A DNA stretch of 64,000 nt, from positions 32,001 to 96,000 of the forward strand of contig CAWEJX010000004.1 of assembly GCA_963809485.1 (NCBI GenBank), given 5' to 3'. The translations under genes were made by a program, and so were the position numbers. This document shows positions 1 to 8,456 of this stretch, piece after piece. Under the pieces are notes generated by a model that did no database searches, had not been told where the DNA came from, and saw only the letters and a program-made list of their open reading frames with translations. Within the stretch, counting starts at the first letter, position 1; each line of letters opens with the position of its first letter. This DNA is from an uncultured Acidobacteriota bacterium (GTDB lineage Bacteria; Acidobacteriota; UBA6911).

Positions 1-190
1 TGGCAGTCGGATCCATGGAGCATAGGCCTAGTGCAGCCAGCCGTGCCTGAACCGTCGCACTCCCGCTGAGCTTTAGGGACTGGCGCTCCTGCAACGACAG
101 GATGGAGAGGAACAGGACTGTGCCCCTAAACTATTATTGGAGCGGAAAAACGGATTTTCCCAAGTCCTGATTACGCAAAGGAGCAGATCA

Positions 191-1552
191 ATGGTAGATT
201 ACGTCAACATTTTTATGGCCCGTGTGCAGGCCAAGAATCCCGGAGAGACCGAGTTCCACCAGGCTGTCCAGGAAGTCGTAGAATCGCTCTCTCTCGTTCT
301 CGACAGGCACACCGAATACCGGTCCGCAAAAATTTTAGAGCGCATGGTAGAGCCCGAGCGCATTGTAACTTTCCGGGTGCCCTGGATGGATGACCAGGGA
401 GAGATTCAGATCAATCGCGGATTCCGCATCGAAATGAACAGCGCCATCGGCCCGTATAAAGGCGGCCTGCGCTTCCACCCCTCGGTTAATCTGGGAATTC
501 TGAAGTTCCTGGCATTCGAGCAGGTCTTCAAGAACAGCCTGACCACCCTGCCCATGGGCGGCGGCAAGGGGGGATCGGACTTCGATCCCAAGGGCAAAAG
601 TAACAACGAAGTCATGCGGTTTTGCCAAAGCTTTATGACCGAGCTTTTCCGTCACATCGGCCCGGACACCGACGTTCCGGCGGGAGACATAGGAGTCGGC
701 GGCAGAGAAATCGGATATCTCTTCGGCCAGTTCAAGAGGCTGCGAAACGAATTTACGGGCGTTTTGACCGGCAAGGGCCTCAATTGGGGCGGATCCCTGA
801 TCCGGCCGGAAGCCACCGGATACGGCTGTGTTTATTTTGCTTCCGAAATGGTGGCGACGCGAAATCAGACCCTGGAAGGCAAGACCTGCCTCGTCTCGGG
901 AAGCGGAAACGTGTCTCAGTACACCATCGAGAAGGTATTGCAGCTGGGCGGCAAGGTCGTAACCGTTTCCGATTCCGACGGGTATATTTATGATGAAGAG
1001 GGGATCGACAGCATGAAACTCGAATTCATCATGGACCTGAAGAATGTGAAGCGCGGCAGGATCAAGACCTACGCGGAAAAGTACAAACACGCGGTCTACA
1101 CCCGGGTGGACCGTGCCAATGACTACAACCCTCTTTGGGACCACAAGGCGGATTGCGCCTTCCCGAGCGCGACCCAGAACGAAATCAGCGCCAAAGACGC
1201 CCAAAATCTTCTGAAAAACGGTGTTTATGTCGTCGCAGAAGGCGCCAACATGCCGACCCACTACGAGGGCGTAAGGCTTTTCCTGGATGCGAAAATTCTT
1301 TTTGCTCCGGGGAAAGCGGCCAACGCGGGCGGGGTTGCGGTATCCGGGCTTGAAATGGCTCAGAACAGCATGCGGCTGCCCTGGACAAAACAGGAGGTCG
1401 ACAACCGGCTGAGCCTGATCATGAAGAGCATTCACTCAACCTGCGTGGAATGCGCCGAACGCTTCGGCACACCGGGCAACTATGTGAACGGAGCCAACAT
1501 CGGGGGCTTCCTGAAAGTTGCCGATGCCATGATGGACCAGGGGCTCGTATAG
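191..1552 (+). CDS. gdhA: NADP-specific glutamate dehydrogenase
   Basis: Motifs GPYKGGLRFH, LPMGGGKGGSDFDP, DVPAGDIGVG, SGSGNV, KAANAGGVAVS. ATG at 191 follows a GGAG RBS. Confidence 0.95.
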   Translation: MVDYVNIFMARVQAKNPGETEFHQAVQEVVESLSLVLDRHTEYRSAKILERMVEPERIVTFRVPWMDDQGEIQINRGFRIEMNSAIGPYKGGLRFHPSVNLGILKFLAFEQVFKNSLTTLPMGGGKGGSDFDPKGKSNNEVMRFCQSFMTELFRHIGPDTDVPAGDIGVGGREIGYLFGQFKRLRNEFTGVLTGKGLNWGGSLIRPEATGYGCVYFASEMVATRNQTLEGKTCLVSGSGNVSQYTIEKVLQLGGKVVTVSDSDGYIYDEEGIDSMKLEFIMDLKNVKRGRIKTYAEKYKHAVYTRVDRANDYNPLWDHKADCAFPSATQNEISAKDAQNLLKNGVYVVAEGANMPTHYEGVRLFLDAKILFAPGKAANAGGVAVSGLEMAQNSMRLPWTKQEVDNRLSLIMKSIHSTCVECAERFGTPGNYVNGANIGGFLKVADAMMDQGLV

Positions 1553-1649
1553 CTTGTTCCGGCAGATCTGCAGGCCACGAATTGCCCGGATTTCCTGCTT
1601 ATTCGTGCAATTCGTGGCTTTTGTTTTATACTGATATCCGAGAACAATA

Positions 1650-4631
1650 ATGGTTGAAAAGAAACTGGATCCACTCTGGATCGAGCATGGGTACGGGACG
1701 CGCTTTCAGGGGTTTCAAAACCTGATGCGCCACAGGATCAGAGACGTGCTTCTTGTCTCCAGCCTCTATGATCTGTACCTGTTCGAGGAAGACGGGCGCT
1801 TTGACGAGCTGATCAGCAACGAGTACCAGCGCTTGAACCTGAGCCATTCGCCCGACCTTACCCGGGTTTCGAGCGGCAAAGAGGCCATTTTTCTGGCGAA
1901 GGAAGAGCGGCGCTTTGATCTCATCCTGACGACGCTTCATGTCGAGGACATGACAGCCGTGCGGCTTGCCCAGATGGCACGCGAGGCCGGCGTGCAGATT
2001 CCCATTGTGCTCCTGGCGTACGACACCAAAGAGCTGAAGGACCTCATCGCTCACAATTACGCTTCCGCATTCGACAGGGTTTTCGTTTGGCAGGGCGACT
2101 TCCAGTTGATCGTCAGCATCATCAAGCATCTCGAAGACCGCATGAATGTCGACCACGACACACGGCTGGTCGGCGTGCAGTCGATCCTGTTCATCGAGGA
2201 TAACATCCGCCACTACTCGACGCTTCTGCCGATACTGTACACCGAGCTTCTCAACCAGTCTCAACGGCTTATCTCTGAAGGCATCAATCTTTCGCACAAG
2301 TCGCTCCGGACCGTCGCCCGGCCCAAAATCCTGTTTTGCCAAACCTACGAGGAAGCCTGGCACTTTTATGAGACCTACAGGGAACACATACTGGGCATCA
2401 TATCCGACATAGACTTTCCGCGCGGCGGGAAGCCCGATCACGGTGCGGGGATACGTTTCGCAAAGGCTGTCCGGAAGGATCATTCCGACATGCCTGTTCT
2501 GCTGCAATCCCTTACGTCGGATTACGAAGCGGAAGCCAAAGCGATGAACCTTTCGTTCATGCCGAAGGATTCGCCCAACGTGGCCCTTTATCTGCGGCAG
2601 TTCATGACCGAATACTTCAGTTTCGGCGATTTTATTTTCCGGACCCCCGAGGGCCACGAAGTCGGAAGGGCTTCGGACCTGAAAAGCCTTCGGGAACAGC
2701 TGCTCTATGTGCCCGAGGAAAGCATACGGTTCCATGCCGAACGGAACCATTTTTCAAACTGGCTCAAGGCGCGGACGGAGTTCGGCCTTGCCCAGCGGCT
2801 TCAGCCCCGGAAAGTTTCCGATTTCCCGACCGTCCGGGAACTGCGCGACGACCTGATCGCTTCCCTCGGCGCATACACGAGATTTCAGCAGCGAGGATTG
2901 ATCACGGAATTCAGCAAGGATTCTTTTGATCCTGAAACCAGCTTCATGCGGATCGGCGGAGGCTCTCTCGGCGGCAAAGCGCGCGGTTTGGGTTTCGTCA
3001 ACACCCTCGTCAACAACTACAACGTCCGCCGGCAGTTCGAAGGGGTGCAAATCGCCGTTCCGCCCGCTGTGGTTTTGGGGACGGAGCTTTTCGACCGGTT
3101 CCTGGATGAGAACAACCTGCGCAAATTTGCGCTGGAATCCGGCGACGACGTCGAAATAACCAGGAAATTCCTCGAAAGCGGGATTTTTCCCGAGGATCTC
3201 CTTGGCGACCTGGCTGCGTTCCTCCACGTGGTTCGGACGCCGCTTGCCGTGCGGTCTTCGAGCCTTCTGGAAGACTCTCAATATCATCCGTTCGCCGGCG
3301 TTTATGAAACGTACATGATTCCGAACAGCCATCCGGATCCTTTTGTCCGGCTTGGCCAGCTCGTAACCACCATCAAGCGGGTGTATGCATCGACCTTTTA
3401 TCAGTGTGCAAAAGATTACTTCAAAGTAACCGATTACCATCTTGAAGAAGAAAAGATGTCGGTGATTGTGCAGAAAATGGTCGGCGCGCAGCACGGCACA
3501 CGGTTTTACCCCGATTTCTCAGGCGTCGCAAAATCTTACAACTACTATCCGGTAGCTCCCCAGAAACCTCTGGACGGAATTGTCTCCGTGGCGCTCGGTC
3601 TGGGCAAAACGATCGTCGACGGGGGCGTTACCGTCCGCTTCTGCCCGAAATATCCCGACCACCTGTTGCAGTTTTTTTCCGCGGCCGAAGCCCTGTCCAA
3701 TAATCAAAACCAGCTTTTCGCCCTCGACCTGGACGCGAGTCCCACACAGGCGGCCGAAACCCACGACATGCTGGTCAAAAGCTTCGGTCTGAGCGACGCC
3801 GAGAAAGACGGCACTCTGCACTACGTGGCATCCACATACTCGCCGGAAAACGATGCGATTTACGACGGCACATCGAGGGCGGGGCTGCGTGTAGTAACCT
3901 TTGCCCCGATCCTTCGAAACAAGATATTTCCGCTTCCGCAAATTACCGCGCTTCTAATGGATATGGGCAGCTGGGGCATGGGCGCCCCCATCGAAATGGA
4001 ATTCGCCGTAACCATGTCCGTGCCGCCGCGAGAACTCAGGGAATTTGCGCTGCTGCAGTTGCGCCCCCTCGGCCTCACCAAGGAAATGGACCCGCTCGAA
4101 ATCGAGGAGGTCTCGCCCGACAGCCTGATCTGCGCAAGCAACCAGGTCCTGGGCCATGGGGTTTCGAACGATATCCGGGACATCGTTTTTGTGGACGTGG
4201 ACCGTTTTCAACGCGCAAAGAGCGGCGATGCCGCTCACGAAGTCATGCTGTTCAACGAGAAACTGCTGTCCGAGCAGCGTCCCTATCTTCTGATCGGCGT
4301 CGGCAGATGGGGCTCGCTGGATCCTTGGCTGGGAATCCCCGTGAAATGGGATCAGATCTCCGGCGCCAAAGTGATTGTCGAGGCCGGATTCAAGGACATG
4401 GAAGTCGACCCGTCCCAGGGCTCCCATTTTTTCCACAATATTACTTCGTTCAGAGTCGGCTATTTCACGGTGAACTCCACGACCCAGAATGGCTTTGTCG
4501 ACTGGGAATGGCTTCGATCCAATCCGGTCGCCGAGAAGAAACAATTCGTGCGTCATATCCGTCTGCCGAAACCGATCACGACCAAAATCAACGGACATCA
4601 GAATAAGGGCATCATTTTAAAACCGGAGTAG
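1650..4631 (+). CDS. PEP-synthase/PPDK N-terminal (nucleotide-binding) domain protein with N-terminal receiver-like domains
   Basis: GSLGGKARGL, PLAVRSSSLLEDS, FAGVYET, GLGKTIVDGG, PSQGSHFFHN motifs. N-terminus has receiver-like segments (FDLILTTL, LGIISDIDFP). This family is often found next to gdh. Confidence 0.85.
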   Translation: MVEKKLDPLWIEHGYGTRFQGFQNLMRHRIRDVLLVSSLYDLYLFEEDGRFDELISNEYQRLNLSHSPDLTRVSSGKEAIFLAKEERRFDLILTTLHVEDMTAVRLAQMAREAGVQIPIVLLAYDTKELKDLIAHNYASAFDRVFVWQGDFQLIVSIIKHLEDRMNVDHDTRLVGVQSILFIEDNIRHYSTLLPILYTELLNQSQRLISEGINLSHKSLRTVARPKILFCQTYEEAWHFYETYREHILGIISDIDFPRGGKPDHGAGIRFAKAVRKDHSDMPVLLQSLTSDYEAEAKAMNLSFMPKDSPNVALYLRQFMTEYFSFGDFIFRTPEGHEVGRASDLKSLREQLLYVPEESIRFHAERNHFSNWLKARTEFGLAQRLQPRKVSDFPTVRELRDDLIASLGAYTRFQQRGLITEFSKDSFDPETSFMRIGGGSLGGKARGLGFVNTLVNNYNVRRQFEGVQIAVPPAVVLGTELFDRFLDENNLRKFALESGDDVEITRKFLESGIFPEDLLGDLAAFLHVVRTPLAVRSSSLLEDSQYHPFAGVYETYMIPNSHPDPFVRLGQLVTTIKRVYASTFYQCAKDYFKVTDYHLEEEKMSVIVQKMVGAQHGTRFYPDFSGVAKSYNYYPVAPQKPLDGIVSVALGLGKTIVDGGVTVRFCPKYPDHLLQFFSAAEALSNNQNQLFALDLDASPTQAAETHDMLVKSFGLSDAEKDGTLHYVASTYSPENDAIYDGTSRAGLRVVTFAPILRNKIFPLPQITALLMDMGSWGMGAPIEMEFAVTMSVPPRELREFALLQLRPLGLTKEMDPLEIEEVSPDSLICASNQVLGHGVSNDIRDIVFVDVDRFQRAKSGDAAHEVMLFNEKLLSEQRPYLLIGVGRWGSLDPWLGIPVKWDQISGAKVIVEAGFKDMEVDPSQGSHFFHNITSFRVGYFTVNSTTQNGFVDWEWLRSNPVAEKKQFVRHIRLPKPITTKINGHQNKGIILKPE

Positions 4632-4639
4632 GCCATTGA

Positions 4640-4846
4640 CCGAACAAAGCGAAAACAGACAAGCAGGATGAAAAACCGCGCAAGGTTTATGATGCGTGCC
4701 CGCACTGCGGCCACGAGCTGAGTCCCTGGCAACAGGTCCTGCTCACCATCGACCGCGCCCTGGTCTGCAAAAACTGCTGGTATCGCATCATCCTCGACAT
4801 CTCCGAAAACGAGGAGATCGCCCTCCCTCCGGAAGACAAGGAATAG
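4640..4846 (+). CDS. Small zinc-ribbon protein (CPHC...CKNC); start codon uncertain
   Basis: Manual translation from 4667: DEKPRKVYDACPHCGHELSPWQQVLLTIDRALVCKNCWYRIILDISENEEIALPPEDKE*, TAG at 4844-4846. No in-frame start; TTG at 4636 is one frame off (possible indel). Not in the ORF track. Confidence 0.6.
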   Translation, partial: PNKAKTDKQDEKPRKVYDACPHCGHELSPWQQVLLTIDRALVCKNCWYRIILDISENEEIALPPEDKE

Positions 4847-4851
4847 ACACG

Positions 4852-6099
4852 ATGCAATCCTACAATTCGTTTGAAGTTGAACAATCCCAGGTCATGGCGG
4901 CCGCCGAATATCTGAATCTCGACCGGGCTACGCTGGACCTGCTGCTCTGGCCTCAAAGAGAGTTCAAATTCACCATGCCCGTCAAAATGGACAGCGGGGA
5001 GACGAGCGTTTTTCACGGCTACCGGATCCAGCACAACTTCGCACGCGGACCGGCAAAGGGAGGCATCCGGTTTCATCCCGACGAAACCTTCGACACGATG
5101 CGGGCTCTCGCGGGGTGGATGACATGGAAAACCGCAGTCATGGACCTCCCCCTGGGCGGAGGCAAGGGCGGGGTGGTCTGCGACCCGCGGAAAATGTCCC
5201 AAAGAGAACTGGAGAACACCGCCCGGGCGTACGTGCGGGTGCTGTCGCGCATCATAGGCATCGACCAGGATGTCGCCGCGCCCGATGTCTACACAAACCC
5301 GCAGACCATGGCATGGATGATGGATGAGTACGAGACGATCACGCATCAGCATCAGCCGGGAGTCATGTCCAACAAGCCGCTGCCTCTCGGGGGGAGCGAA
5401 GGACGGCGCGACGCCACGGCCCGCGGCGGGGTCATTGTGGTGCGCGAAGCCTGCAAAACGTACAAGGTCGATCCCACAGGTGCCTATGCAATTCAGGGAT
5501 TCGGCAGCGCCGGGCAGCGGGCGGCCATGTTTCACCAGGAACTGCTGGGAGGCGGACGGCTGGTCGCGGTCAGCGATTCAACCGGCGCCATCCATAATTC
5601 TCGCGGAATCAATCCGCGGGAACTGGTCGGCCACAAGCTGCGGACGGGATCCGTAGCGGGATTCCCGGAATCGGAACCTGTCGATCCCAAAGAAGTCCTT
5701 GAGGCGGATGTTTCGGTCCTCTATCCGGCCGCTCTCGAAAATGCAATAAATGTAAGCAACGCCAAACGCATCCGGGCCCGGATTGTGTGTGAACTGGCCA
5801 ACGGCCCGACGACGCCTCAGGCGGACAAAATCCTGTTCGAGAAAGGATCGCACGTGATTCCGGACATCATCGCAAATGCCGGGGGCGTGACAGTCTCCCA
5901 TTTTGAGATGGTGCAGAACAAATACTCCTTTTACTGGAGAGAGGCCTTCGTCAACCGAAGGCTCGATTCCACGATCACGCGGGCGTACCGCCTTGTCGAC
6001 CAGACCGTACAGCAGAGGAAGGTCCATCCGCGCCTGGGCGCTATGCTGGTCGCCGTTGCCCGCGTGGCTGAAGCCTGCAAACTGCGCGGATGGGTCTGA
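4852..6099 (+). CDS. Glu/Leu/Phe/Val dehydrogenase (second GDH paralog)
   Basis: GPAKGGIRFHP, MTWK, LPLGGGKGG, ELANGPTT, IPDIIANAGGVTVS. True start is probably ATG 4852 (MQSYNSF). Confidence 0.9.
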   Translation: MQSYNSFEVEQSQVMAAAEYLNLDRATLDLLLWPQREFKFTMPVKMDSGETSVFHGYRIQHNFARGPAKGGIRFHPDETFDTMRALAGWMTWKTAVMDLPLGGGKGGVVCDPRKMSQRELENTARAYVRVLSRIIGIDQDVAAPDVYTNPQTMAWMMDEYETITHQHQPGVMSNKPLPLGGSEGRRDATARGGVIVVREACKTYKVDPTGAYAIQGFGSAGQRAAMFHQELLGGGRLVAVSDSTGAIHNSRGINPRELVGHKLRTGSVAGFPESEPVDPKEVLEADVSVLYPAALENAINVSNAKRIRARIVCELANGPTTPQADKILFEKGSHVIPDIIANAGGVTVSHFEMVQNKYSFYWREAFVNRRLDSTITRAYRLVDQTVQQRKVHPRLGAMLVAVARVAEACKLRGWV

Positions 6100-6174
6100 G
6101 GAGGCAGGCTTTCGAACCCTTGAGTCGGCGAGCCAATCCCAACGCCTCAAAGGCTCCAAGGATGAATTCTTTCT

Positions 6175-7422
6175 ATGCCATTCCCCCTGGTGCTCTATTA
6201 CCACTGGCTCAACCGCTTCAGTTTCAACGCGCTGGCGGGGGCCATCGACAGCGACCCTGCTTTCGAAGACCATCCGGTCACGCTGTCATTGACCGAAGCG
6301 CAACTGTATAAAGCCACATCCGTCCTCCTGAACCGCTTCAACCGCATTGTCGTGGCATTGTCCGTGTTGACGTCTCAGATGGAGGAGATGCGGCGCATCG
6401 CTCGCCAGCTTCGCTCGGATTTCGGATCGCGGGCTACCATCGTCGCAGGCGGGGCGCATGTGACAGCCCGTCCGAAGGAAATTCTTGAAGCCGGCGCAGA
6501 CATTGCCTTCCTCGGTGAGGCTGAAGATAGCTTTCCGGCCGTCCTGAAGAAAATTCCAGATCAAGGAGGGCTGGACGGTATCGATGGCATCGCATTCGTC
6601 AGGGAGGGAACTGTAATCTCGCAGCCGCGAACCCGTCCGGCAGACCTCGACGCCTTCAGCTCCTTTTCACCAAAGCGGGGAATGTACGGCCCAATCGAAA
6701 TCACGCGCGGCTGCCCCTTCGCCTGCAGCTATTGTCAAACGTCCCAAATTTTCGGGACCGTACTGCGCCACCGCAGTATCCCGAACATCGTTCGCCAGTC
6801 TGAATCGCTCCGTTCGGGCAACCGCAAGGTGGTTCGCCTGCTCTCGCCCAATGCGTTTTCTTACGGATCGACCGATGGACGAAAGCTCAACCTGAATGCG
6901 TTGCGGGAGTTGCTTTCGGCGCTGCGTGAGAGCGTGTCATCCGGCGGCCGGATTATTTTTGCGCATTTCCCCTCCGAGGCGCGGCCCGAACACATCACAC
7001 CGGACACCCTCGGCCTTTTGAAGGAATTTGCCGACAACGACGAGATCGTTATCGGCGCGCAATCCGGCAGCCAGACCATGCTGAACGCCTGCCGCAGATC
7101 GCATACCGTGGAGGACGTTCTCAGCTCGGTTACCCTGGCCCGGAAATTCGGCTACAAGGTCATTGTTGATTTTATTTTCGGGCTTCCGGGCGAAAGCCCG
7201 GCGGATGAGCAGTCCAGCCTTTCCGTCATGGAAAGGCTGGTGCAAATAGGAGCCCGCATACACCCGCACGCCTTCGCTCCGTTGCCGCAGACGGCGTTCT
7301 CATCGGAGCCACCCGCAAGGCTCTCGCCTGCCGTTCTGCGCGCCATCGAAAGCCTCAGAGCGCAAAAAGGCATTTACGTAAACCGGCGCGAAATCCTGCG
7401 GGGTTTCGAGTCTTCCACCTGA
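6175..7422 (+). CDS. B12-binding domain radical SAM protein (TIGR04013/MJ1487-like)
   Basis: AGGAHVT and GEAE B12-domain motifs, EITRGCPFACSYCQT (CX3CX2C), FPSEARPE, IGAQSGS. Confidence 0.85.
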   Translation: MPFPLVLYYHWLNRFSFNALAGAIDSDPAFEDHPVTLSLTEAQLYKATSVLLNRFNRIVVALSVLTSQMEEMRRIARQLRSDFGSRATIVAGGAHVTARPKEILEAGADIAFLGEAEDSFPAVLKKIPDQGGLDGIDGIAFVREGTVISQPRTRPADLDAFSSFSPKRGMYGPIEITRGCPFACSYCQTSQIFGTVLRHRSIPNIVRQSESLRSGNRKVVRLLSPNAFSYGSTDGRKLNLNALRELLSALRESVSSGGRIIFAHFPSEARPEHITPDTLGLLKEFADNDEIVIGAQSGSQTMLNACRRSHTVEDVLSSVTLARKFGYKVIVDFIFGLPGESPADEQSSLSVMERLVQIGARIHPHAFAPLPQTAFSSEPPARLSPAVLRAIESLRAQKGIYVNRREILRGFESST

Positions 7423-7476
7423 GGCTGTCCGCAAACCAGAGTGGAGACCATAAGCATCGGCGCCGGTATGGCCGCA

Positions 7477-7730
7477 GTCAGGCACATCCGGCAAAGCCGG
7501 AGGCTTGAAAGATTGGAACCGCTAAAAGCGGTTGGAGGAGTTACGCTGGTCTTGAACGCTGACCTACGCGGGCTAAAGCCGATGAGGCGCTTCCGGTCCC
7601 CGCCGAACGAATCAGCGTGCGTCAGCATTTATCAGCGTGCGTCAGCGTTAAAATTTATGGATAGGCCTCCAGAGCCGGTCTCAAAACGACTGTCGCGAGA
7701 TGCTCGCCGGCAATTTGAGACAGTCTCCGG
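7477..7730. repeat. Mosaic repeat: IS200/IS605-like end + AACGCTGA module + GAGACTGTCTCAAA-type inverted-repeat module
   Basis: 7477-7595 closely matches 21374-21490 and 45452-45570. 7612-7727 is close to the reverse complement of 37782-37898. Confidence 0.8.
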
Positions 7731-7763
7731 AGAGACGTCCTCACGAAAACCGGGTGCGCTGGT

Positions 7764-8339
7764 TTAGCTTTTAACGATGGCGCGGGCGACTTCCTCGGCT
7801 TTTTTCAGAATTGGATCGGGGACTCCAACGGTTCCGCCTCCCCCGACCCCGACGCCACGGATCAGATGGGTTTCGCCGAACGCCATCGAGCGTTTGAGAA
7901 AATCCTGATACTTTTTAGGGATATCGGCAAACAGCTCATCCACGGGCGCCCCCTGGGTGATGATAAAAACAAGCTTCTTCCCTGCCGGAACGCGCGAAGG
8001 GCTGCCGGCGAGGTAGCCGGCCGGCATATAAGAATAGGTGCGGTCGATGAAGCACTTCACCTGGCCGGGGACATCCGAGCAGTACACGGGCATAGCCATC
8101 ACGACAATGTCAGCCCCTTTCAGGGATTCCAGCACTTTGGCCAGGTCATCCTCAAGCACGCATTTTTCGGAAGTCGTTTTGCAGGCCATGCAGCCCTGGC
8201 AGCCGCGATAGGTGAGATCGTTCAATACGAACGACTCAATTTTTGCGCCCAGGCTCGCCGCAGTTTCGTTAAACCGGTTGGCGATGGCCGCGCTGTTGCT
8301 GTTCCGGCGCGGGCTTCCAATCAGGCAGCAGATCTTCAT
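7764..8339 (-). CDS. Flavodoxin-family / iron-sulfur flavoprotein (NADPH-dependent FMN reductase)
   Basis: GSPRRNSNS FMN loop, GCQGCMACKTTSEKC cluster motif, MPVY, KCFIDR. Confidence 0.9.
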   Translation of the reverse strand: MKICCLIGSPRRNSNSAAIANRFNETAASLGAKIESFVLNDLTYRGCQGCMACKTTSEKCVLEDDLAKVLESLKGADIVVMAMPVYCSDVPGQVKCFIDRTYSYMPAGYLAGSPSRVPAGKKLVFIITQGAPVDELFADIPKKYQDFLKRSMAFGETHLIRGVGVGGGGTVGVPDPILKKAEEVARAIVKS

Positions 8340-8372
8340 AAGGTTGCTCCTCGTGATTCGTTAAGACAGCAT

Positions 8373-8428
8373 AAAAAAACGCCACGGACCCTGATGATTA
8401 TGGCATAACCGCAGGATCCGTGGCGTTC
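8373..8428 (-). terminator. Intrinsic terminator after TonB receptor 1
   Basis: ACGCCACGGA...TCCGTGGCGT stem with an A7 run (U tail on the minus strand). Homologous to 12713-12765 and 16903-16951. Confidence 0.75.
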
Positions 8429-8456
8429 TTAAAATCCGGCTATTCGGATTTTAGTT

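Noticed and set aside
4696-4851. N-terminal extension of the second GDH in the ORF track
   Set aside because: It overlaps the more credible Zn-ribbon frame; GDH similarity starts at ATG 4852.
7441-7767. Repeated ORF 'RRLERLEPLKAVGGVT...' (also 21410-21694 and 45389-45700) as a small protein family
   Set aside because: It is only the translation of the repeat element; starts, stops and lengths differ between copies.
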